From Candidatus Saccharimonadales bacterium (GTDB lineage Bacteria; Patescibacteriota; Saccharimonadia; Saccharimonadales; JACQNP01), in NCBI GenBank assembly GCA_041742395.1, contig JBGSIS010000002.1, forward strand, positions 11,076-75,075: 64,000 nt of DNA. Direction: 5' to 3'. The notes beneath the pieces were generated by a model. It was given only the letters and a program-made list of their open reading frames with translations, was not told where the DNA came from and searched no databases. The translations under genes were made by a program, and so were the position numbers. Positions 16,569-25,271 of the stretch are shown piece after piece. The first letter of the stretch is position 1. Each line of letters starts with the position of its first letter.

Positions 16569-17537
16569 ATGGAAAGAGAAATCGATGATTATGGCAAGCG
16601 ACTAAACCTAGATAGGAATCTAGACATAGTAGATATTTCAGATGTAAACGCAGGTCATATGATGTACCAAAAATCACGTGTTCAGTTAGCAAATGGCGAT
16701 CTATTTTTCGTAAAAACTAGTGATAGTTCACTTCTAACCGACGAAATCGAAGCCAGTAAAATGTGGCAATACTTAATTAAAGAACAATTCGCTTACGATA
16801 TTTTAGACAGAAATGGGTTTACTCACATTCCAAAAGTAGAGCTAGATAATAGATCTTTAGTAATGGAGTACTTATCTAATGATAAGGGTTGGTACTGGAG
16901 TGCTCCCGATAAAGATATTAATAAATATGTCAGCGATGTATTATCGGCCCTAGGTGAACTCGAGAACTTACCTATTTCAGAAGAATTAGACCAAGTAGAG
17001 AGCTTAACTTCTACACAAAAACTATTTAAACGTGGTTGGCAAAATGTTGATGATTTAAAAATAATAAAAATATTAAATAGATCTGATGATTTTGAAATAC
17101 AACTAAAAGATCATATATTTAGCGGAATTGAATATATTGACATTGTTATAAACGATATTGAATTCCGAGAAGCACTAATTAAAAACATCGATCGTTATAT
17201 AAAATTACCGACCAAAAACGTTGGTCACTTCGACGCAAGGCAAGCAAACATTGGTTGGCATCCCGTTTACGGTGTCAAAATTATCGACTGGAGCTGGGTA
17301 TCCAGAGGACCAGCTAAGTCTGATAGTACTATGTTTTTAATTGACTTACATAAGAGCGGAGTTGATGTATCTGAATACCTAGATACACATTTTGACGTAA
17401 ATCATGCAAATCTGCTTGTTGGTTATTGGCTGTCAAGGTGTGCTGAGCCATCATTTAATAACTTAGACAATGTAAGGTTTCATCAGTATGCATCTGCAGT
17501 TAGTGCAGGAAGTTTATTGACTAAGCAAGGTTCTTAG
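16569..17537 (+). CDS. aminoglycoside-phosphotransferase/choline-kinase-fold small-molecule kinase
   Basis: Brenner-type motif GHFDARQANIGW followed by KIIDWSW. 322 aa. Last gene of the pncA operon. Confidence 0.6.
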   Translation: MEREIDDYGKRLNLDRNLDIVDISDVNAGHMMYQKSRVQLANGDLFFVKTSDSSLLTDEIEASKMWQYLIKEQFAYDILDRNGFTHIPKVELDNRSLVMEYLSNDKGWYWSAPDKDINKYVSDVLSALGELENLPISEELDQVESLTSTQKLFKRGWQNVDDLKIIKILNRSDDFEIQLKDHIFSGIEYIDIVINDIEFREALIKNIDRYIKLPTKNVGHFDARQANIGWHPVYGVKIIDWSWVSRGPAKSDSTMFLIDLHKSGVDVSEYLDTHFDVNHANLLVGYWLSRCAEPSFNNLDNVRFHQYASAVSAGSLLTKQGS

Positions 17538-18954
17538 GAAATAGCGTTCCATCAAGCGACTTTACTACGCCCTTCTCAAAAATACTTCTGATTTTAATAG
17601 AAGTTTCTGGAAGAAGCGGTTCTAATAAATCTGCGATCTCTAACAAACAAGCCACTTGGTATGCTAACACTTCACGTAAATGTTCTTTATCTCCCTGCTT
17701 ACTTATTGCCCATGGCTTTGTCTCGTCGATATACTGATTCAGTCCCCTTATTTGTTCCCATATTTCATCTAACGCTTGATCGAATCTACAATTATCTATT
17801 GCTTCCCAGTACTGTGCTACATCATGAGTACCTTCAGGTATTTGACCAATTATTCCATCTTGGTATTGGTTTATCATGGCGGCAGTTCTTTGTACGCAGT
17901 TACCTAATTCGTTGGCAAGTTCATTGTTATAAGCAGATTCTAGTTTTTCCCAACTAAAGTCACCATCTGAATACGAAGGTATATGCCTTAAGAAATAGTA
18001 CCTAAAAACATCAGAACTGTATTTATCGACCACTTCTTTTGGATGAACTACAAGACCAGTACTTTTACTAATCTTCTGTCCGGTGATTGTCAAAAAGCCG
18101 TGAACATATAACTGTTCAGGTAGGGGTTGTCCCAGGCCTAGCAGTATTCCTGGCCATATAGCAGCGTGGAATCTAAGAATATCCTTACCAATTACTTGAG
18201 TTTTTGCCGGCCAAAAATCAATAAAATCTTTGTATTCTGGATAGCCTAGAACTGTTATATAGTTCATCAACGCCTCAAACCAAACATACATAACTTGAGT
18301 TTCATCACCAGGAACAGCAATACCCCAAGAAATTTTATCTTTTGGTCTTGAAATACTAATATCCTCTAAACCTTCTTTGAGTGTTCCTAAAATCTCGTTT
18401 TTTCTTGTTTTTGGAACAATCTTAAAAGTACCGTCAACAATGGCTTGTTCTATTTGTTTAGAATACTTACTTAATTTAAAGAAGTAGTTATCTTCTTCAA
18501 TTTTGTCGTATGGCTTTTGATGGTTAGGACAAACACCCTTATTTTCTTTGGCTGTTGATTCTGTAACAAACTCTTCACATCCCTTACAATACCAACCGAC
18601 GTAAGATGACTTATATATATCTTTTTGGAGAGCTTTCCAAATTAGTTGAGCCCTTTGTTCATGCCCATCATCTGTGGTTCTAACAAACCTATCATTACTA
18701 ATATTGAGCAGCTTACCTAGATCACGAAATTTATGACTCATTTGATCGGCATATATTTTTGGTTCAATTCCGTTTTCTTCTGCCTTTTCGAAAATTTTGC
18801 CGCCATGCTCATCGGTTCCAGTAGAAAACAACACATTATACCCTCGTCTCCTAGCGGCACGAGCAAGTACATCAGCTTGAACTAGCTCCATACCAAAACC
18901 AATATGCGGATCACCGTTTATATAGGGAATTGATGTAGTTACGTAATAGTTCAT
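17521..18954 (-). CDS. metG: methionyl-tRNA synthetase (short form)
   Basis: Class I HIGH-type motif (PYINGDPHIGF) and a KMSKS-type motif (KISKSTG), with the CKGCEEF...CPNH zinc knuckle. Confidence 0.9.
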   Translation of the reverse strand: MNYYVTTSIPYINGDPHIGFGMELVQADVLARAARRRGYNVLFSTGTDEHGGKIFEKAEENGIEPKIYADQMSHKFRDLGKLLNISNDRFVRTTDDGHEQRAQLIWKALQKDIYKSSYVGWYCKGCEEFVTESTAKENKGVCPNHQKPYDKIEEDNYFFKLSKYSKQIEQAIVDGTFKIVPKTRKNEILGTLKEGLEDISISRPKDKISWGIAVPGDETQVMYVWFEALMNYITVLGYPEYKDFIDFWPAKTQVIGKDILRFHAAIWPGILLGLGQPLPEQLYVHGFLTITGQKISKSTGLVVHPKEVVDKYSSDVFRYYFLRHIPSYSDGDFSWEKLESAYNNELANELGNCVQRTAAMINQYQDGIIGQIPEGTHDVAQYWEAIDNCRFDQALDEIWEQIRGLNQYIDETKPWAISKQGDKEHLREVLAYQVACLLEIADLLEPLLPETSIKIRSIFEKGVVKSLDGTLFPKNLA

Positions 18955-19078
18955 TTTTAATCCTGTCGATTAATCTTAATAAAATGTAAAAAGAAAATTA
19001 ATTAAAGGCCCTTGTGGGGCATCATGTACATACTAAATGTTTTATTAAAACTCTTCATTTTATATATCTTATAACAGA

Positions 19079-19243
19079 TTAGTCCGTGTTACTAGACAGA
19101 TGCCATAGTTTACAGTGACTACACTTATAGGCTTTAAGCTTTGAGCCTCTTTGCCAATCAACTGCTAAAGTCATGTTTTGAGCTTCACTTTTCGTATCAA
19201 AAACTAGCTTATCTTTGCATGGCAATTCTGGTTTATCATTCAT
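19079..19243 (-). CDS. small conserved-looking protein (54 aa) with C-terminal YKCSHCKLWHLSS motif
   Basis: Not in the ORF track because it is under 60 aa. Translation: MNDKPELPCKDKLVFDTKSEAQNMTLAVDWQRGSKLKAYKCSHCKLWHLSSNTD. Its ATG overlaps the trehalase stop in ATGAATGA, which suggests translational coupling. Confidence 0.45.
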   Translation of the reverse strand: MNDKPELPCKDKLVFDTKSEAQNMTLAVDWQRGSKLKAYKCSHCKLWHLSSNTD

Positions 19244-20507
19244 CTATGTAGTCTTTACAAAACCTTTCAAAAACTGAGTTAGTCCAACCAAAACCTGTTT
19301 GCGACGGATAAACACCTGGAGCAGGCGGTTTATCTGGGTTTACAACATTATACTTTTCCAGGAATACGTGATGTTTATTAAACCAATTAAGGTTGGTTTT
19401 TAGCCACTTATTGGCAATTCTCTTAGCATCTTCATGGTAGCCATACCTTTCAAGTGCTTGAACTACAATCATATGTAGAGGTGCCCAACCATTCGGATAG
19501 GCCCACTGCGTTGGAGTTCTTCCGGGCATGTATTGGTTTATTGGCGGAACATCCGTAGTAGACAGCCCACCCTTGTTTTCGAACCTTTTAAGAGCTTTTA
19601 CTAAATCAGCTGCCTGACTTTTAGTTACCATGCCAGCCCACATTGGATAAAAAGTAGCCAGAGAACTTACCGATCCTCGCTTTTCTTTTACGTAGTTATA
19701 GTCGTAATAGAGTCCTTTCAGCTTGCTCCACATTAAACGGTTCATATTTTTTCGACGATGTTCGGCAGTTTTATGCCAGGCTAACGAGGTTTTCTGGTTA
19801 CCGATTATTTCGTAATATCTTTCGAAATCTTTTTCGTATTTATACAGCAGTGAATTTAAATCTACTGGTAAATACTGGAGTGCTTTGCGACCAAATCTAG
19901 TTGTCATATCCCAACCACTCTCTGCTTCTGCTAAATCATCAACATAATTAATGTCATAATAGCGACTTAGTCCTTCATAGACCTGACGAGCATTAGGTTT
20001 TACTTTGCCTGTCCAGACAGTGTGATATTCATTCTCTGCTACTGCCATCATTTTATGCAACCATTTAACTCCTGGATCATAACTGTCATAGACCTGAAAG
20101 ATGAATGATGTTAGTAAGGGAGGCTGAGATCTTCCAGTAAGATATGTACGACTGGCATTCGGAATAATTCGGTACTTCTCGAACATATATATTAAGTTAT
20201 CTAGAATTCCTATTACTAGTTCTTTGTTTTCTTCGATGAAGTTTCCTTGAATCATAAAATAACTATCCCAATAGTACATTTCATTAAAATCAAATTCATG
20301 ACCTTTTTCATAAGCTGGAACAAGATAGGGCTTAGGTAACCCTAGCAAACTCTCATCATCTTTAGGATGAAATCTCTCTAAATTTTTCCAATATTTATCA
20401 ATATACTCCAAAGCTTTGACTACATCCTGCTTCTTTAGGTCCTTAGATTTAATCATGCCGGTAACTCTAAGGATTTTCTTGGCAGTAATTTTAGTTTTAT
20501 TAATCAT
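19236..20507 (-). CDS. treA: trehalase (glycoside hydrolase family 37-like)
   Basis: Motifs YWDSYF, RSQPPLLTSF, ESGWDMTTRF and GFGWTN. Confidence 0.8.
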   Translation of the reverse strand: MINKTKITAKKILRVTGMIKSKDLKKQDVVKALEYIDKYWKNLERFHPKDDESLLGLPKPYLVPAYEKGHEFDFNEMYYWDSYFMIQGNFIEENKELVIGILDNLIYMFEKYRIIPNASRTYLTGRSQPPLLTSFIFQVYDSYDPGVKWLHKMMAVAENEYHTVWTGKVKPNARQVYEGLSRYYDINYVDDLAEAESGWDMTTRFGRKALQYLPVDLNSLLYKYEKDFERYYEIIGNQKTSLAWHKTAEHRRKNMNRLMWSKLKGLYYDYNYVKEKRGSVSSLATFYPMWAGMVTKSQAADLVKALKRFENKGGLSTTDVPPINQYMPGRTPTQWAYPNGWAPLHMIVVQALERYGYHEDAKRIANKWLKTNLNWFNKHHVFLEKYNVVNPDKPPAPGVYPSQTGFGWTNSVFERFCKDYIDE

Positions 20508-20548
20508 ATTCCTCCAGACTAAGTCATGCTGACACAGCGGTCAAGTTA

Positions 20549-21199
20549 TTATTTGGGCGAAACCGAAAGTAGTTCGACGTCCATTATTAGTACTGAGTCG
20601 GGTGGTATAGAACCCTGACCCCTTTCACCGTACCCAACGGCAGGGGGTATAATAACCCTTCTGGTGCCCCCGACTTTCATTCCAATAATTCCCTGCTTGA
20701 GCCCTGGCAAAACAGAACTACTACTAGAAACTTCAAAGTCATATGGCTTTGGTTTATCGCCTTCTTTGGCTGGCCACTGATTATCAAATATTTCACCATT
20801 GGTTAAATAACCTTTGTAATAAATGGAGACTTTGTCATTTATCTTAACCTCGTTGCCAGTACCGGGTTTTACGTCTCCAAAAAGTGCGCTCTTTTCGGCT
20901 TTGTATTTTTCATATTCCGTAAAATTCTGCTTTTTACTTTCTTGAGCAGAATTAGCTGTAGATTTTTCTGTACTAGCACCAAGACTTTGAGCCTCATTTC
21001 CAAGTCCGCCACCCAGACCGCTATTATCGGTCACCTCTAATGAACTACTTCCGCTACTAGATGAAGTTGTTTTAGAAACTACTTTATTAGCCTTATTATT
21101 AGAGCTATTTATTGAATAAAAAACATAACCGCCTATAGCAAATATAGAAAGGACCATTATCGAGCCCAAAGAAATTGCAATCCACTTGTCTTTATTCAT
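20549..21199 (-). CDS. membrane-anchored FKBP-type peptidyl-prolyl cis-trans isomerase
   Basis: N-terminal TM helix, a Ser-rich linker, then an FKBP domain (YKGYLTNGEIFD, VLPGLKQGIIGMKVGGTRRVIIPPAVGYG, LIMDVELLSV). Confidence 0.8.
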   Translation of the reverse strand: MNKDKWIAISLGSIMVLSIFAIGGYVFYSINSSNNKANKVVSKTTSSSSGSSSLEVTDNSGLGGGLGNEAQSLGASTEKSTANSAQESKKQNFTEYEKYKAEKSALFGDVKPGTGNEVKINDKVSIYYKGYLTNGEIFDNQWPAKEGDKPKPYDFEVSSSSSVLPGLKQGIIGMKVGGTRRVIIPPAVGYGERGQGSIPPDSVLIMDVELLSVSPK

Positions 21200-21244
21200 C
21201 TACTCTATTTTAGATTAGTAGTCGTTTTATACCAAAACTATAAG

Positions 21245-21796
21245 CTATTCTGTAGTGCTCATAAAATCAAGAAGACTTCTAGCTATATGTCTAATATTTT
21301 TTGATTGGGCTTCATCATAACCATAAAACTTATTATCAATCATGCCTTCAGGGAAAAACATATTGTCAAAAGTCTGACTAAAAACAGTTGCCTCTTCCTG
21401 ACTATACTCCTGGTAAGTATTACTATTACCTTCTTCTTCAGGAGGATAATATAAAAATCTTGAATTTTTAGGATTCCCGATTGAATCAAGGCTAATTCTT
21501 GCAACTAATGTACCTAATATCACTCCACCAACTCTTGATGCATGAAAAGACCTATTCCTATAAAAGTCATCATCTACTTGCTCTTCAAAATCTCCAAACT
21601 CACCGAGCAACTTAAATACTCTTGCTCCTCCGTAAAGCTTGCCACCTACAGACCTGACTAATGAAAAATCGACAATAGATAACTGACTCCTGGCAAAAGG
21701 GTTCTTTTCGTCTTTTGCTTCTAGTTTAGATACCCTAGAATATGACAAAACGGGATTGTACTCTTTAATTTCTTTGGATTTTCTATTTCCGATCAT
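21245..21796 (-). CDS. hypothetical protein (183 aa)
   Basis: ORF with its own TTGAAA-17-TACAAT promoter upstream. No motif recognised. Confidence 0.55.
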   Translation of the reverse strand: MIGNRKSKEIKEYNPVLSYSRVSKLEAKDEKNPFARSQLSIVDFSLVRSVGGKLYGGARVFKLLGEFGDFEEQVDDDFYRNRSFHASRVGGVILGTLVARISLDSIGNPKNSRFLYYPPEEEGNSNTYQEYSQEEATVFSQTFDNMFFPEGMIDNKFYGYDEAQSKNIRHIARSLLDFMSTTE

Positions 21797-21927
21797 AACC
21801 TAACTAATCTTTCATCTAAACAGTATATTGTAACATTTTTTATTTAATTTTTCAATATTTATATATTCATTTAAAATGACAGGTAAGCCTAAAAATATTT
21901 TATTTTTTAATGATTAAATTGCTATAG

Positions 21928-22302
21928 TTATTTATCCAACCCACACTTCGGAGGAGCAACTACAGTTTTCAGTACTGCCCTTCCACGTTCATTATCTTTA
22001 ATTGAATATACTCTTCTATGTTTTGGGATACTAGGGTCATCTATGATTTTGGACTGTAGTATACCGGCTTTTTCAAGTCTAAGTAGAGCAACTGATATAG
22101 TAGATTTATTCATTCCTGAACATTTAGTAACATCAACTCCAGTTATTCCATCTTCGCCTTTTTCTTTATAGCAGCCCAGACAGTTTAGTATCTCGTTCCT
22201 ACCACCCTTTTCGGCTTCATCACGAACAAGGACTAAATTGTTGACGACTCCAATTTCTACTAAAGTCTCAATCCCAGGATTAATAAATTTCTCGGTACTC
22301 AT
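21928..22302 (-). CDS. hypothetical protein with probable winged-helix DNA-binding region
   Basis: The segment VTKCSGMNKSTISVALLRLEKAGILQSK resembles a MarR/ArsR-type recognition helix. Leaderless promoter directly upstream. Confidence 0.55.
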   Translation of the reverse strand: MSTEKFINPGIETLVEIGVVNNLVLVRDEAEKGGRNEILNCLGCYKEKGEDGITGVDVTKCSGMNKSTISVALLRLEKAGILQSKIIDDPSIPKHRRVYSIKDNERGRAVLKTVVAPPKCGLDK

Positions 22303-22309
22303 GTATAAT

Positions 22310-22338
22310 ATTATACAACTTTTTGATTATTTTTTCAA
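22310..22338 (-). promoter_or_regulatory. sigma70-type promoter TTGAAA-17-TATAAT ending 7 nt before the ATG (leaderless transcript predicted)
   Basis: The minus strand reads TTGAAA aaataatcaaaaagttg TATAAT attatac ATG. Confidence 0.55.
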
Positions 22339-22342
22339 TCTA

Positions 22343-22714
22343 CTAGTAAGACTGGCGTAAGTATCTAACTGTATCCATTATCGAAGATGTCTCACTAGGA
22401 GCTGCAATCTCAAGACATTCAACATAAGCAGATAATAATGGAGGTCTTAGCACTGGGTATGCTATAGCTGCTTCAACTGCCACGAATCCCTCATCAGTTC
22501 GACGAGCAGCTCGTAAAATTAATTTACCTGTTATTCCTGGTAATAATGCAGGAAAATCAAGCTTTTCTGGAACTTCTTCCCAGGTAATATTCCTCTTACT
22601 CATTTCATTTATAAAAACTTCAAGATGCGTCATTGCGCGTCTAGTAGTATTATCAAAACCTAGAGTATCTGCTGCGATATTCAATAAATTAGTTCTGCCA
22701 AATCTATCTGTCAT
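22343..22714 (-). CDS. hypothetical protein (123 aa)
   Basis: ORF with a leaderless promoter directly upstream. No motif recognised. Confidence 0.55.
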   Translation of the reverse strand: MTDRFGRTNLLNIAADTLGFDNTTRRAMTHLEVFINEMSKRNITWEEVPEKLDFPALLPGITGKLILRAARRTDEGFVAVEAAIAYPVLRPPLLSAYVECLEIAAPSETSSIMDTVRYLRQSY

Positions 22715-22721
22715 GGTACTT

Positions 22722-22750
22722 TATTATTACACTTTTTTTTATTTTTTCAA
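22722..22750 (-). promoter_or_regulatory. promoter TTGAAA-17-ATAATA ending 7 nt before the ATG (leaderless)
   Basis: The minus strand reads TTGAAA aaataaaaaaaagtgta ATAATA aagtacc ATG. Confidence 0.5.
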
Positions 22751-22850
22751 GTATTCTAACCGATCTTGATTGATTTGAAATGTATGAAATAAGCTCTAGC
22801 TGCCAAACACACTACAATTATTCACTAAATTATGTTAAATTATACAATCT

Positions 22851-23291
22851 ATGAAGAATGTATTTCTTGGCACTAGTTTTTCTGGACACGTAAATTATGA
22901 GACGGGTGAGGTGAACCCTGACTTTCGTGCGAAGGTAGAATTAATGCTTGTCGCTCTACGTTCCAAAGATTTTGATGTCTTTTGCGCAGTAGAACATGAA
23001 GGTTGGGTTATATCTGATATTCCTCCTGAGGTTGGCGTAAGAGAAGACCTAGCCCGAATTGACGAGTCAGATGCTATGCTTGCTTATCTGCCACCAGATA
23101 TTTTGTCTGAGGGTCTACAATTTGAATTGGGTTATGCATTAAATTCAGGCAAACCTACCATTTTGGCTACGGAACTAGGTACGAAAATAGGCTACTTCAA
23201 TCAAGGAGTAGTAAACCTCGGCCTTGTTAAACACATCGTATTTGACTCTCCCGAATCATTAGCAACCCAAATTGTTGACGTTATAAATTAG
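22851..23291 (+). CDS. nucleoside 2-deoxyribosyltransferase-like protein
   Basis: 146 aa. The N-terminal VFLGTSFSG and the C-terminal DAMLAYLPP...SEGLQFELGYALNSGKPTILA match the NDT/Rcl family pattern (catalytic Glu in xFELGYA). Confidence 0.6.
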   Translation: MKNVFLGTSFSGHVNYETGEVNPDFRAKVELMLVALRSKDFDVFCAVEHEGWVISDIPPEVGVREDLARIDESDAMLAYLPPDILSEGLQFELGYALNSGKPTILATELGTKIGYFNQGVVNLGLVKHIVFDSPESLATQIVDVIN

Positions 23292-23453
23292 AATAACCTG
23301 ACAGTCTTTTATAATGTATCTCTTATATAATCTGAAGAAATTTAAAGACTAAGGTATTTGCTCTAGGATTAATTTTTAGATTATTAACGAGAGATATTTA
23401 AAACTAATCTCATTAATCCTGTGAACAGGAGCACCTCTCACTATTCAAGTAAT

Positions 23454-24110
23454 TTAATTTCGCATCTGTTGGGTTATGGGATGACGAATACTACGTTTTA
23501 GCACATCGAATGCAATACTCCGAGACTCATTATTCAGTTCTATAAACTTCTCTTTCTCAAGTTTTGGTTTAGTGACGAATCTCAAGATGCTGCTACCTGC
23601 ATTTCTGTGTATAGATTGATATGGTATTCTCTTAGGTTTATTTGTTTTGTTATCCAATGGCATTGGAGCATACCATAATTCTGCAGATATTTGACCAATA
23701 ACCCCCCTTCCAGTACTAAAGGCATTTCCTATAAATTCAAATCCTTTATATGTAGATAATAGTGCTAGGTTTTGTTCGTCTTCCCTTGTTCGTATTACGT
23801 TACCTGAGTCGAGCTTCCAACCCCGTTCTCTGGCATTAACTAACCTTTCATACGGTTCGTGCATTACAGTCAGTGAAATATCAGTAATAGAACCATTAAA
23901 TTTAGGTGGCCTCAATAATTCACTTACTGCAACTCTCCCACCCCAGGCTGCCAAGTTTAATACATTTGGGCGTTCTGGCAATATTTCATCCACCTTTTTA
24001 TCTATAATTTCTGCAACTATATCTTCAAATGCAGGTATTTCAGTAATATTAGCGAAGTCAATGCGATCACCTGGTTTTAGTTTATTTATCGAAGAATCTA
24101 ATTCACTCAT
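23454..24110 (-). CDS. hypothetical protein (218 aa)
   Basis: ORF with its own TTGAAA-16-TATAAT promoter. No motif recognised. Confidence 0.55.
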   Translation of the reverse strand: MSELDSSINKLKPGDRIDFANITEIPAFEDIVAEIIDKKVDEILPERPNVLNLAAWGGRVAVSELLRPPKFNGSITDISLTVMHEPYERLVNARERGWKLDSGNVIRTREDEQNLALLSTYKGFEFIGNAFSTGRGVIGQISAELWYAPMPLDNKTNKPKRIPYQSIHRNAGSSILRFVTKPKLEKEKFIELNNESRSIAFDVLKRSIRHPITQQMRN

Positions 24111-24119
24111 AATAATGAC

Positions 24120-24147
24120 ATTATACTATATTTCTGATTTTTTTCAA
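24120..24147 (-). promoter_or_regulatory. promoter TTGAAA-16-TATAAT, 9 nt before the ATG
   Basis: The minus strand reads TTGAAA aaaatcagaaatatag TATAAT gtcattatt ATG. Confidence 0.5.
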
Positions 24148-24455
24148 GTGTTCTTACACGAAAACAGAAGTCATAAATAACATATTTAACTGATGCTAAA
24201 CTGCTTATGCCTGAGCAAAAGTTATTATTAAAAGGTATAGTCAAGAATTAGACGGATTATAACCAATAAAAATACCCGAAATATATTCGTGCACTTTTAT
24301 TGGTGGAGCACCTCGAAAAAAGTTCACCCCTCATCTTTGAAGAAATAGAGAGATGGAGGTATTTACTCTGGGATGAGTATCTAGATTATCAAAGGAAGCA
24401 AGAACGTCTTAAGGAATTAACTATCCCCTGAGGTTATACACCCAAATGGAATGCA

Positions 24456-25199
24456 TTAGTTGTTAACGAAGTACTTTTTAAAAAGTTCTGTAACACGAGC
24501 ATCTAGTTTTGCCCTGTCTTCAACTGCAAAAAACTCTTCGTAGCCGCCTTGATCTGCAACATCATTATGCTTGAGCTTCAATCGTCCACTTGCACCACTT
24601 ACGTCACAGTATATCCGAGCAGGAGAGAATGGGTTCGATGATTGATTGATGTCTATTTCTATTGCAATACCGTCACGATTTCCAACTGCAATATGTGTAC
24701 TCGAGCTTACTCCAGGTAAATTTATAACTTTGTCACCCCAATGTAAGCCTTCGTACTCTTGAGTGCGGTCGGGTTCAGTAATACACTCTCCTACGAGTGA
24801 AACGAAAGTCACTCCAGGCATTATTTCTGGTACTTCTGGGGGTACCGTTTCTTTACTTTCAAGGTCGAGAGGCATTACTACTTCATGGATAATCGTCTTA
24901 GCACCACATTTTTGGCCACCAAGTAAACGTCGCTTAGGTCCATTACATTGTATCTCTACTTCTGTAACCATTTCTTGGGGGCCACCACCTTGCAGAGCGT
25001 TTCTCATACATAGTTCTGCTACAGCTTGACTACCGCAGCTTTCAACAATCTCATCGGGGTCACATTCTCTAAGGCATCTATCTGAAATTTGTGACTTCTC
25101 TGATAAAGCATAATGACCTACAGTCATTCCTCCCATATCAATAAAATAATCATCTCCAAGTGGAATTTGTCCTTCGTGATCTGTCATGGATACAATCAT
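24456..25199 (-). CDS. hypothetical Cys-rich protein (247 aa)
   Basis: First gene downstream of the tmRNA 3' end. Visibly less AT-rich than its neighbours. No motif recognised. Confidence 0.55.
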   Translation of the reverse strand: MIVSMTDHEGQIPLGDDYFIDMGGMTVGHYALSEKSQISDRCLRECDPDEIVESCGSQAVAELCMRNALQGGGPQEMVTEVEIQCNGPKRRLLGGQKCGAKTIIHEVVMPLDLESKETVPPEVPEIMPGVTFVSLVGECITEPDRTQEYEGLHWGDKVINLPGVSSSTHIAVGNRDGIAIEIDINQSSNPFSPARIYCDVSGASGRLKLKHNDVADQGGYEEFFAVEDRAKLDARVTELFKKYFVNN

Positions 25200-25231
25200 C
25201 TTACGAAATTATTGTATTTGCAAGCATAACC

Positions 25232-25259
25232 AAAACAAAAACCTCTGAATTAACAGAGG
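25232..25259 (-). terminator. rho-independent terminator of the tmRNA gene
   Basis: The minus strand reads CCTCTG ttaatt CAGAGG followed by TTTTTGTTTTGG, starting 13 nt after the tmRNA CCA end. Confidence 0.5.
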
Positions 25260-25271
25260 TCAAAGTGCTTA

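Noticed and set aside
24270-24431. Possible ~43-codon ORF (TTG/GTG start; ...EEIERWRYLLWDEYLDYQRKQERLKELTIP) in the 345-bp spacer downstream of the 247-aa gene
   Set aside because: It has no ATG, no ribosome-binding site and no promoter that I can see, and it is short. It might be a gene remnant, but the evidence is too thin for a feature call.
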